Source: Adineta vaga (taxonomy: Eukaryota > Animalia > Rotifera). Taken from it: a DNA stretch of 64,000 bases. Position 1 is the first letter of the stretch. Each line of letters starts with the position of its first letter. The DNA lies in assembly GCA_021613535.1 (NCBI GenBank), contig CP075494.1, forward strand, positions 14,818,001 to 14,882,000, read 5' to 3'. The notes beneath the pieces were generated by a model. That model was not told the origin of the DNA, did no database searches, and saw nothing but the letters and a program-made list of their open reading frames with translations. This document shows, one piece after another, positions 16,221 through 28,378 of the stretch. The translations under genes and the position numbers were made by a program.

Positions 16221-16977
16221 ATTATCATAAACATTTTAATGTAATACTCTTTGATGAGTATTATATGATGTATTCTTTTTTTTTCTTCTTTTGTTTCGTT
16301 CATTACCCATCCATCTTCACTCTCATTTTCTCTCCTCCTTTCTTTATTCCATTTTCTTTCATTTGAGTAACAAAAAAAGAAAAAAAAAAGTTTTTTTTCT
16401 CTGCTGCTTGTTGAAAATCGTTCGTTTCTTCTTCTTCTTCTTCTTTGGTTTGTCTATTTCTGTGTTTCTTGTTTGGTTCATCTGCTGTATATAGAAGCGC
16501 TTGTGGTACATACAACACAAAATGAACCCAAAAAAATTATAAAATCGTATAGTAAAGTTTAACAAAAAAATAAAACGGATGCACATATATAAAACTAACA
16601 TCTTTGCATATCACGATTCATGAATTCGAATACAAATGCACGCTCAGCTGTTTGCTATCACTTCAAAAATAATCGACAAAACTTTATTTATCCAACAACA
16701 GTTGTGTTGGAACCGATCAATCTTCGTTGGTTTAATAAAAACTCTCAGATATTTATACCTCGATTCCTAATCTAATCATCATTTATATTCGAATTCGAAT
16801 TAGACAATTACTTCGATTGTTCTTCAATTTATTCAATGAAAAATATATCGAATTTCAGAAAAACAAAAATGCACATCACCGGTATATATTCAAAAAAGAG
16901 AGAAGCATCTGAACGATTTTCGATAAAACAAAAACAAAAACAAAATAAATTCTCATTCTTGCGTCATATTTAGATGA

Positions 16978-19388
16978 TTATTTTTGTTCAAAATAATTAG
17001 TAATACCAAGAAAAAATACGGTGAAATTTTCTAATAATTCATGATTAAGACTTGCATTATTGACAACATGTTCAATAACATTACGTTGTTTGTTATCTTC
17101 ATAATTTGCTTTTTCAGATATCAAAAATAAACGTAATTTATCATTATCAACAGTTAATTTTTTTAATTCATTTGTATCACTCAATTGACGATGTGTAAGA
17201 AGATGTATAATACAATAAACTAACAATCGATCTTCATGATGAATAGTAAATTGACGAATATAGGCAAAGAGTTTAGCCAATAATTCAATAGTACCACATT
17301 GAAACTAAATAAAGAAAATATACAACGAGAAAACAAATCACTCTTTACTTTATTTAATTGCGATAAAATTGTTGTCGGTTGTTGAACATCAGTTTTAGTA
17401 AATAATTTATAATCTTGATTTGTTATCACTGGATGCTGAAATAGATAGAAATCAGTGGAGTTTGTTTTTCGTAAATAAAAACTACATTCTTCATTTACTT
17501 TAAGTAATTTTAACCATGTCCATAGAACACCACTGATAATACAAGGATCTGTTTCTTCGAAAATTTCATCAATTCCATTGTTTACTTTATTAATTTTTTG
17601 TTTCCATGTTGAAATTTTCATCAGTTGATCTGACGTAAGAAAATCTTCATGAATTGACATAATCATACAATTTATTATTTGTTGATATGAACTGAAATCA
17701 TGATGTGATAAACGTTCATGTTCATAGAAAAATGATGGTGCAAAATCCAACCATGTCGCTTTTTCTTCATCAGTAAAACTTTGAAAACTTTCACGAATAA
17801 AAACAGGTTTAGCTTTCACACGACGATTGATTGTAATTAATATTGTATCAATCATATAACCGGTACATAATTCAATCAAACGAGCTGCACACACAAATAA
17901 AACCTAAACATCATTTAAGATTAAAAAACAGATGGTTGATGAATAAATAAGTTTACTCGTGGAATATATTTGTATATATATGCATCACGACCATGAATAA
18001 ATGCTTGTTGATTTCGTAAATGTTCTTCCAATGAAAGATGAACATGAACATCCGTACTAGAAAGGCAAACGAAATTGTTTTTTTTAATAGAAAGAAAGAA
18101 ACTATATTACAAACCAATCGGTAAAAACACGTCGTTTAGGTATTATAAATCGTTCATATTCTTCGACAGCTACAAACAAGAAAATGTTTGATATTGGTTA
18201 GAAGTTATTTAGATGCATTTTTACCTTCAATTTGTTTTGTCATTTGTACACTACCTGGTCGTTTAGCACGAATGTAATGAATTGATTCATGTGCAGTCAT
18301 ACGATATTCATGTACAAGATATGAACAGATAACAAAACCAGTACGACCAAGACCAGCATGACAATGCACTGCAATCTATTAAACGTATTCTTTTATTATT
18401 TATCTTCTTTCTCTAGCGAAAATCAACATACTTTTCCTTGTTTCATAGCAAAACTCATAACTTTCATTATATCAAGTATAGTTTCAACTTTTACTGTTCC
18501 ATAATCTTCCATCGCATAATTATAAACAAAAACTTTCAGAAGAAAAACGGATTTTATTAATCAAAACTATTCAAATAATCTTATTTTTCTCTCTTTCTTA
18601 CTTCCTAAATCCATAAAAGCACTTGGATCATACGAAAAGCCTGAAGTATGATTTCCATGTCCACAAGAAATATGTTCATCAGGTGTTTCCAAATTAAATA
18701 TGGCACGAATACCAGCACTATAAATCAATCAACTTCATTATATGTTCATCATCAAATTCAAAATTTTACTCATGAAACAGATTTTTCAAAGTACTATGTC
18801 GTACAGTTGGACGAGAACACGCTAAAATACTATCAGTAATCCTAAATAAAAGGAATCTTTCGATAAGAAGAAAAAGAAATGAAATTTTTTACCAATGAGA
18901 AAAAATTCCATGAATAGCCATTTGTTCAGGTTGCCAATAATCCATTCGTTCATATTTACAATTTGCTCCTCGACAACCTACAGATGTTTTTCTTTCAAAA
19001 TTTCTATGAATAAATATAGATTTGATCTACCTAATCGACATGCGGTTTTTTCTGGTAATAATTTCTTTACTGCTTGAGATAATGGTGAATAAGCACCTTG
19101 TGGTGCTGATCGTGGTGAAACAAAATCACTAAGCCATGATTCATTAAGATGTTGAGGCTTTTTTCGAACTAATCCAGGATCAATAAATGGACGAATGACA
19201 TGATTATGACGCTGATGATTAGCGCTGTTTGAACTACGTGAAGAAGAATCATCGTCCGTAATCGTACTATCATTTAATTCAATTCCAGAATGAACGATAT
19301 TATCACCGAGTACAAGTGGAGCAAGTCCAGCTATTAAAGTTGAATTATTTTCTTCACTTTCTCCTTCATTATTTTCAATTGTTGCCAT
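16978..19388 (-). CDS. PTPDC1: Protein tyrosine phosphatase domain-containing protein 1 (CDC14-like PTP)
   Basis: Spliced [14 protein letters not shown]5R active site (~18340-18375), [54 protein letters not shown]. Confidence 0.9.
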
Positions 19389-19936
19389 GTTTGAAAAAAA
19401 ATTATTGATTAAAAAACATTTACAAACTAAAATAAACTAAACGAAGAAAAATATTAGACCAAATAACAATTAAAAATCGTTAGTTATAACACGTATGTAG
19501 AAAGAAATAGCTGTGAATTGATTTTCTCCTTAGTTACACATTGTTCCACTTTCATATAATAAAAAGCAACTATATGATTATATTCTTTTGAGAAATCTCT
19601 TGTTAAACAACATAAATCTTTAATTAAAACAAATTCTATTTTGTATTGACTGAATGAATAGAATCAAAATATTTGTATATTTTATTTAGAAAGAAATTCT
19701 ATCTTTTGATTATTCACATCCGATACCATAGTTAATAATATTTCTATTGAAACATCCTCCTTTGATTCAATCTAGCGACATTTATTCCACTAAAAGTTCA
19801 TTTAATATTTTCATTGGTTGTGACTAAGCCAAATAACGATCTGACAACAGTTGATGGCATCAATTCTGACACGACAGACGACATACATACATTCTCAATT
19901 AAATAAAGACAAATCTGTAACATAAATTTCCAAATC

Positions 19937-20655
19937 ATGCAGTTCATATCCTCTTGCACATTCCTTCTTGTCATTCTATCCAACTTTGCCTTCGTACAAT
20001 CGAAAAAAGCGCTCGATGAACAACATTGTGAAGGTAGAAACTCCTATACATTTCTTTGGTTTTCATCAACTTTATCGTTTAGTTTGTATCAAAACCATTA
20101 GTACATTTGCTGATACATTATCTGCTGAAGATAAATCCAATGTAGAAAAGATTGAAAAAGCTTTTAAAACCTATTGTAAGAAAGTTAAAGTTGATTCTAA
20201 AGAACATCGATTGGTAAATTTGACATTTTTGTCTTTGTTAAATTCTAACAAATCAATTGTTTTAGTGTTATTATGTTGGAGCTTTGGAAACTTCAGCTAC
20301 CTATGCAATTGGTGATTTATCTAAACCATTATCATGGGGAATTCCAGTTGAGAAAATTTGTCAAGAACGACTTTTTAAAACAAATCCACAAATCTGTGAT
20401 TTGAAATATGGTAAAAATGCATTCCTTATTTTGAATTTGAATATCTAATTATTTAAATTTTTTGTAGAAAAACCAATTGATATCAATGGAGTAGATTTAA
20501 ATAAATTAAAAGTAAAAGATTTAAAAAAGATTCTGACTGATTGGAATGAAGCTGCTGATTTCATGGAAAAATCCGAATATATTCGACGAATTAATGAAGT
20601 TAAAGATAAATATGTTAAACCAACAACAGTTGATTCAAATAAAAAAGATTTGTAA
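19937..20655 (+). CDS. MANF: MANF/CDNF (ARMET) ER-stress factor, 4 exons
   Basis: Signal peptide [20 protein letters not shown]; saposin-like CEVC..C..LCYYVGA..KICQ..QICDLKYEK; SAP-like [16 protein letters not shown]; C-terminal KKDL ER-retrieval signal. Mostly missing from the ORF track. Confidence 0.93.
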
Positions 20656-21197
20656 TCATATTTAAGTTTCATTTTGTAGTCGTGTGCTTATCGCTTGTTA
20701 ATGAATATGTTTGTTTTTCGAAATAATCTGATAAATGTCAAATTATAGTTTATTTATTTTGTTTATTAAATTCGCTCATTCTTTGTTTTGAAATAAATTT
20801 ACTTTCGAATTAAATACATCACAAAATACTAACGAATGATCTAAGTAGATTTGACATTTTCTTTGACATCATACATTTGTACCTTTATCAATCTAATGCA
20901 ACGAAAGTCGAGTGACCTCACGCCACTTATGGGAACTGAAAAAAAAATTCGATTTGTTTTTTTTTCTTTTCATTAATTTTTAATACATTTTTTGTAGTCA
21001 ATACGAGATATATGTTTTGTTTGTTAATATACAAAAGAATAGGCTCTTTATAATGAAAGAAGCCTTTTCTTAGACGGACAAAGTACAGAAACTATTTTTT
21101 AATCAAATCAGCTTCACAATATATATATGTATATAAATCAATCAAACTCACGCCATTCTCTAAATTTTCTTCTTCACTTTCACGAAAACAATTGACA

Positions 21198-22727
21198 ATG
21201 TCTTCTTCACCATTTTCACATACTCATGTATCACATTTAGTAAAGAAGAAACGTCGACGATCTCAATCATTAACATTACCTAATTTCAATGATTTAGACA
21301 GTCAAGTTGAAAATGAACATCAAGTTAGTTTTTGATTGATGAAAAAAGCTTTTGTTATACGTATGTTGAATGATTTTAGAGACAATTTTTGTCACAATTG
21401 AAAAAAGAAAGACAAAAACAGAAACAAATTCACGAAGATGAAGATGATTTTCAGCCAACGGTCACGCGAATACCGCGTACAAATACATCAGTAACAACAA
21501 AAAAACATACATTATCTACAACAGCTATTTCAGTTGCGACTAAACAACACATGTCATCAACAACAATTAAAACTACAGGTGTATATGATACTGTAGATGA
21601 TTTCCAACCATCCGTTACTCGAGTAAACGGAACGACTGCAACAGCATCGACAAATAAACAAACTTCAACCAAAAAAGAAATGCAATCAGTAACGTCCAAA
21701 ATCATGCATATACAAGAAGATGATGATGAAGAGTATGATGACCAACGTACACAAGTTACACGAATGCCACGAACAAACTCAACAAAATCACTTAAAAATC
21801 AATTTTCAAATGCTAGTTTATCGAGAAAATATTTGAATACAAAATCCGATACACCTATATCACATAATGATATAGATTTTAATTCATCACAAACATCCTA
21901 TAATCCTCTTGCGACATCAACATCGAATATCATCAGTAAATCTAGTTTAGTCGATCAAGAATTTCGTCTTGATGATGGAAAAGAACATGCACGAAGAAAT
22001 GACGTAAAAAGTTTAGGTAGTGTCAAAATCAATGAACGAGAAAAGTAAGTTTTTCATTGGAATATTTGATGAAATCAATTCCTATTTCTTTTAATTCTAG
22101 TTATTATGCAGTTCATGGAAGGAAATTATCAACAAAATCAAGTGCAAGTTTTATGGCAGCTGTAATTGCAATTATTATTGGTATAATCGCTTTTGCTTTA
22201 GCTCTTACGGCATTTATTCTTCTATTATTACTTCGATCGACTGTTGAAGCACAGTTATGTAAGATTAAATTTATATTTGAATTCTCATTGGAAACATTTC
22301 ATTTGTTTTAATAGCAAATTCAACATCAAAAACATATTCTGGAAGTTTACCAACGGAATGTTCAACTTATACAACTGTTGATGATCCAACTCGAAGTATA
22401 AATGCACCAGGTTATGCACTTGGTTGTGATAATGTATCACCATTCCTTAATCGAAGTCAATCGATTTGGATACGATTTATCGGAACAGGTGGAACGACAT
22501 TGCCGTTAACAACACCAGGCATGAATATATGTGGTTCACAAGGTACTGGTTGGTATTATGGAACAATGCCTTCCACAGGACAACTTTTGAATGGTACTGC
22601 ATGTTTTACTTGGGATACGAGTGTATGTCGATTTTCTGCGAGTATTAGTGTTGCAAATTGTGGCTCATTTTATATCTATCTCTTGCCTCCACCACCAGCA
22701 TGTATGATGCGTTATTGTACTATCTGA
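21198..22727 (+). CDS. Single-pass (type II-like) membrane protein with C-terminal Cys-rich UMOD/GP2/OIT3-like D8C domain
   Basis: Four exons. S/T-rich N-terminal region without signal peptide; TM FMAAVIAIIIGIIAFALALTAFILLLL; then WIRFIG.GG..P..CG...GW...ACFTW..C.F...ISVANCGSFYIYLL.P...C..RYC. Confidence 0.75.
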
Positions 22728-23424
22728 TTAGATTCTATATATCGAACATTTATTTTTATAATCGTCTTCTTTTTTTTCTTTTTTTCTGAATGAATATAAC
22801 AGTAATGATTGATTTATTTCAGAGAATAGAAAGATCTATGATTTGATCACTGTATTTACTGAGTACATTTGAAAGTGAATTAATTATGGATTAATACAGA
22901 AATGGGATATGTACGCCTATTCTTCTTTGAATAATTAGGATAGTAATAAAACAAATTGCAAACAGAAAAGTAAAGAATGCGTTTTCGTATTCATTTTCTT
23001 TCGTGAAGTCAAATAAATGAGATTTACATCGTTTGCATTGATTCTATTTTAATAATAAAAAACACATCGAAAGAAGACTGTATAAAATAATGAAAGAGAG
23101 AGAGAGAAAAAGAGCACAAATACAAAAACAAAATCATTCTTTTTGATTTACTGGAACTATGAATTATTCTAGATGAAATCAAAAGGTATCGACAAGAGAG
23201 AAAATACTAAAAAGTTGTAATCCATTCATAAAAAAGAAGATGTTGTTGTTAACATATGAAATGATTATTCCGCAAAGAAAAAAAACTCGTTTAATTTCTC
23301 AGTTCCGTCTTGACAATCTGAACTGTGTTACTCTTAGAATAAAGAGTTTTATGTGTTAAGAATAAAATGACGTTTTTTTTTCACACATTTTTTTTGATGT
23401 TGCAAGTAATGTCAGTAGTCATCA

Positions 23425-23752
23425 TGTTTAATTTCAAATCGTTTACTTGGACGAAAGTGTCTACCATTTGGCAGTTTCTATTTTTACCGAATGGCCACAG
23501 TAGGTGGTCTAGTAAGTGTGAGAGAATCTCTAGCTCTATTGCTCAAAGCATTGCGCTAGACAGATGAACAGGAAAGAGAAGAGAAGAACGCTTGTGGCAA
23601 TCGTTCAATTAATGGAACTTGTTCGTCGGCATTGTCATCTGAGAATCGATGGCCAGTCGGTAGCACCCTAACGAGCACAAAATCTGCTCGACTAATTCGA
23701 CGAACATGAACATCCTCAATAACGTTCTCTTCTTCCTCTTTCCTTTTTTTTT
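23425..23752. ncRNA. Putative two-domain structured non-coding RNA/element, family unknown
   Basis: Many nested complementary segments (listed in findings) in a locally GC-enriched non-coding stretch ending in T9. No known RNA family recognised. Confidence 0.35.
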
Positions 23753-23967
23753 GCTATTGAAAAACAACTTGCTTTCCTTTTCTTCTTCTTCTTCTTCTGC
23801 TTCTTCTTTTTCTTTATTTCATCATCCAATAATAACAAGTCTTTCATAATCCATCATTTTCTATTGGTTAAAGGGAAAATAAAAGAGAGAAATGGCAAAT
23901 GTTCGAAGGAGAGAAAAGAAGAAATACATTGATTCTCAAGGGCCTTGTGAGTTATGCCGTTCGTGAG

Positions 23968-23973
23968 TATAAA
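23968..23973 (+). promoter_or_regulatory. Candidate TATA box of first Prop gene
   Basis: TATAAA, with an ATTGG (reverse CCAAT) at ~23863 and a TCATTC initiator-like sequence at ~24010. Confidence 0.4.
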
Positions 23974-24439
23974 TGAGTAGGAACAACATTAGCTTAATGG
24001 AAGTAAATTTCATTCGTTAGCTCAAGCTCTTGTGAGTTCTCTTCTTCCGTTAACGAAGTTGTCTCCTTCGTTTCGCCTTCGAGTAGTCATCGGGCGTTCT
24101 AATCTATACATTTTCTCTTCTGTTGTCAATTATTTATTACTCTTCGTCTTCTCTATTCTCGATAATAAGTATAAGTGTTGATTTGTCGTCTAACAAAATT
24201 AGTCACCTCAAATTAAGTGTCTTAAAAAAAGAACTCTAATTCTATGATCATCAAGACGAAAGAAAGAAAGAAAAAAAAAGAAAGAATGCGCGAGAAACAT
24301 GGAAAGAGAGAGAGAGGGAGAGAGAAGCGAGCAAATCATATTTCAACCACTCATTCACTTTTCTCTTTACTAAAATAATAATCATTATCAATGAATAATA
24401 AATAATTCAATTTAGACTAACCATATATACACAAGCAAA

Positions 24440-25990
24440 ATGTCAAGTTTAACCAATAGTACTACAAATCGAATCTCATCTTCATCAAATAATCCAACAT
24501 TTATTATCAATAATGATACGACTAATTCGACAAATACAATTGATTCATCACTATCACCTAATCTAACAACAATGGGTTTAGCTGCAGCAACAGCTAATAA
24601 TATCTCAAATATAGAATCTGATTCTAAACGTAATCTTTCATCTAAATTTGATGATCATTATACTAATTTTTATGCTCTAAATCGAACATTACCACCATCA
24701 TCTTCCTCTTCATCATTTGGATCAACTACATTTAATATCAATAATCAATCATCATCATGTTCTACTAATAATAATAATTTACAATTTATAACAAATCCTA
24801 CAGGTTAATATAAAACCTAATTTTTCGGATTCTATTCTATTCTATTCTTTCTAGGCCATTCTGATAGTGGAGCATTTAAAAAGATCAAACATGAATCTCT
24901 TCTCTTAAATACACATCCTTACAATCAATTGCATTCATATAATCCTCCCTATCAACAAATATCTTCACTATCTACAAATAATCAATCTCCAACACATTCG
25001 TCAACATCAAGTCCATCGTCTCATCATTCCTTGTCGAATTCAACAAATCAATGTTCGACGCCAGCACGACGTCGACATCGAACTACATTTACACAAGAAC
25101 AATTAGCTGAACTTGAAACAGCATTTGGTAAAAGTCATTATCCCGATATATATTGTCGAGAAGAATTAGCTCGTGTTACAAAATTAAATGAAGCTCGCAT
25201 TCAGGTTTGTGATGACGAAATTGGTCAAAAAAGAAAACGAATGACAAGACATTTTTTTCTCTCTCGCTCTCTTTCTTTCTTCTTTGTCAGATGATTGACA
25301 AGCATAAGAGGAAATGTCGAATGAAGCATCGAACATAGACGACAGACCGAAGCGAATGCACGAGCGAGGGCGTCTATATACATAGTCTTATAATTGAATC
25401 ATGTTAGGCACACTCCGTTGTCGCGTAAGAATAGATTTCTAATGAGTATGTGCAGTCGAGCGACAAGAAACTACATCAATACACGAGAGAAAAAGACAAG
25501 TCGTCGGCTTATCGATTAGCTCGTGCATTGACAATTGAATAGTTTTAATTGAAAACTTACGGCTAAATATCTTATATTTTAAAAAGGTTTGGTTTCAAAA
25601 TCGACGAGCAAAATATCGTAAACAAGAAAAACAATTACAAAAAGCTCTATCACCCGTCCTTTCACCATGTAATGCCATGATGAGAAATTTTTATCAAACA
25701 TCAACAGGAAGACCTTATCAATATGGATCATCCAACAATGGAACAAATAATACAACATCAAATCAAATTCGTTATCCATCATCTTCAGTTGTCTATTCAC
25801 AATTCTCACCACTAACAGCAGCTGGCATTCGACAAGTTCGTTCATTTTCATTCGAAAAATCAAAAACGAGCACCTCTCTTATACTTTTTTTTAGGATAAT
25901 CCATTACCTTTTCAAGATGCCGATTGGTACAATAAAAGTCTATCATCATTTCGTGTCGATCATACATCAATGCTTCATTATCCAGCTTGA
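24440..25990 (+). CDS. PROP1: Paired-like (Q50) homeobox protein, Prop/unc-42 family, copy 1
   Basis: [46 protein letters not shown]|[21 protein letters not shown] with an intron at the IQ/VW site; C-terminal DWYNKSL motif; TGA 25988-25990. Confidence 0.88.
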
Positions 25991-25992
25991 AC

Positions 25993-26011
25993 AGTGTGTG
26001 TGTGTGTGTGT
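25993..26011. repeat. (GT)n microsatellite in the Prop copy 1 3'UTR
   Basis: GTGTGTGTGTGTGTGTGT. Confidence 0.8.
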
Positions 26012-26890
26012 ATCTTACCTTTTTACAGTGAAAATATGCCCCTTTTTTTTGTTTGTATGTACGTGCCATTTTGCTCGATGAATAAAATAAAATAGAATAA
26101 AGAAAGCAAGAGATGAAAAAAAATGAGAGATTTTTCTTTTTTTTTCTCCTCACTTAGTTAATTTCATTGTTATAATAACAACTAATTCAATATTAACACT
26201 TCGAACTTCAATAAACTGATGATAGACAATATCCTATCATATCTATTGTTCGAAATGAATTGAATTTATAAAGTTAAAAAAAACATTGAGAATTTTTATA
26301 TTCTCTTCTGTTGTCAATATGTATGAAAGAGGTCAATAAGAGTAATCAAATTTCCAGACAGAACAAAAATCTAATTTTGATTAACATCACCCGTCTTACA
26401 GAAAGAAAAGACAAAAATATTCTAAACATAAACTTAAATTCATCTAACACTTCTACCGATTTCAAGTCAATCGATATCAGTTGTTAATCAACATATGAGC
26501 TTGTTTTCATATTTGAAAACATTATTCTTTGAATACATTCGTTTGTTTCCGATAGAATAACAATTGCTAGTTGATTGCCTTCGTAATTTTCTGTTTCTTC
26601 TTATTTTGTATGTCGGATCAAAATGATGAATGAAACATCTCGCCGATTGGTTGTTGATCATCTTGTTGAACGAAGAACATCTTCTCTACAACCATTCATC
26701 TTTTTTTTCTTTACATTTTTTTCTTCTCTTCTTCCTCTTCTTCTCGTCATTTCTCGTTTCCGTATGCGATTTTATTTCTCTTTCTAATCATTCGACGACA
26801 AATACTTCACTTGTCCGATCGATACAAAAGAAGACGACGATCCTATTAAAAGATTAAGCAAGTACAATCATAAAAAGATAAACTAAACTC

Positions 26891-28091
26891 ATGTTTGAGA
26901 ACAGCAATTGTACCATTACATCGTGTAAGATAAATCAATTTCAAATCTACGGAAAAAAAACATCTATTTTCTTTAGTAAATACAGGTGCATTTAAACGTA
27001 CTAAACAGAATGATAGTACAAGCATCAATCATTCATTTCTTTCACCTGTACCAGAACAACAACAACAACAACAACAGCAACAGCAACAACGAAGTCATTC
27101 CTCAGCTCGTCGTCGACATCGAACAACTTTTACTCAAGAACAACTAAATGAACTTGAAATCTCATTTTCGAAAGGTCATTATCCTGATATATACTTACGT
27201 GAAGAACTAGCTCGAACAACAAAATTAAATGAAGCTCGCATCCAGGTATCTAGATTTACGAATTTCTTTGAAGAATTTTTCTTTTTCTTTTCTTGTTACG
27301 GTATATCTCTAGAGATAGTGATGAAAATTTTCTACTTTAAGATTCTATTTACAGCGATTTTCCACTTCAATCAGATGCCGTCTGTTATGCTAACACGGTT
27401 CATTTGATGGTATAATTTTCCGATTGCTTCTCGCTTGTTTCACACATGGAATACATTCTTTCACTTTTCTTTCCAAGATCAAGACGTGTCATTTTGAACA
27501 ACTGTTCAAAAATCGATAAATAAAACGTGGACATATGGACTTTTTCTTTTCTTGTAATCTAACCTTCTTCCACATGTCACTTTGAATTAGTTCTCTACAT
27601 GCTTCAATAATTCTTATTTGTTTTTTGTCTATAGGTATGGTTTCAAAATCGACGAGCTAAAGCACGTAAACAATCACATAATTCTTCGTCATCGGGTAGT
27701 ACATCGACATCATCATTATCATCCGTTCGTTTATCATCGAAAGCATTTTCGACGAATCCAACATCATCATCATCATTTCATCAAATGTTTAATGGACGAG
27801 CGAATGCATCAACATCATCTCCAACAAGTCTAATGATGACTACTGATCCAACGATGTTCTATCCATCATTTCCACCATCAACATGTGATTTTAATGTTCG
27901 TTCAACGATAGTAATTATTTCAGAAGAAAAAAAAACAATTTTAATTAATTAATTTTATTTTCTTCTAGGAAAATTCCATGTCATTTCATTCACCATATCC
28001 TCCACAACATGCGAATACTGAAGATGAATATACGAGAAATATGCGTATGCAAAATTTGATTACTCATCATCCAAATCTTTATCATGGATAA
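26891..28091 (+). CDS. Paired-like homeobox protein, Prop family, tandem copy 2
   Basis: Spliced [19 protein letters not shown]..poly[47 protein letters not shown]|[13 protein letters not shown]. Same exon layout as copy 1. Not in the ORF track in this frame. Confidence 0.88.
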
Positions 28092-28378
28092 AAGAAAAAT
28101 AGAAATTCTTCTATCACAAGTGATCAACATTGAATTGTTTTTTTGCTCTGTGACTTTCTCTCTCTCTCTCTCTTTATGTGTGTGTTTTGTTTACTTGATT
28201 TCATTTCATATTATATAACAATTTAATTCTTCATATATGAATTTTACTTTACAATTACAAAACAAACGCGTTCTTGAATGGCAATCAATTATTTGAGAAA
28301 GTGAAATTTATTATAAAATAAAAAGAAAATTAAGAAATCATATGCTAGTTTAGGTAAATTTTGTCTGTCAGTGAAGAG

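Noticed and set aside
23630-23710. TPP-riboswitch-like words (CTGAGA..ACCC..TAAT) and a tRNA D-loop-like AGTCGGTAG in the hairpin
   Set aside because: The P2/P4 pairings and the UGAU/GCG core of TPP cannot be built, and there is no tRNA cloverleaf or GGTTCRA T-arm.
25407-25466. HDV-like ribozyme call for the intronic pseudoknot
   Set aside because: Topology is only loosely similar; the P1.1, P4 and L3 consensus is absent.
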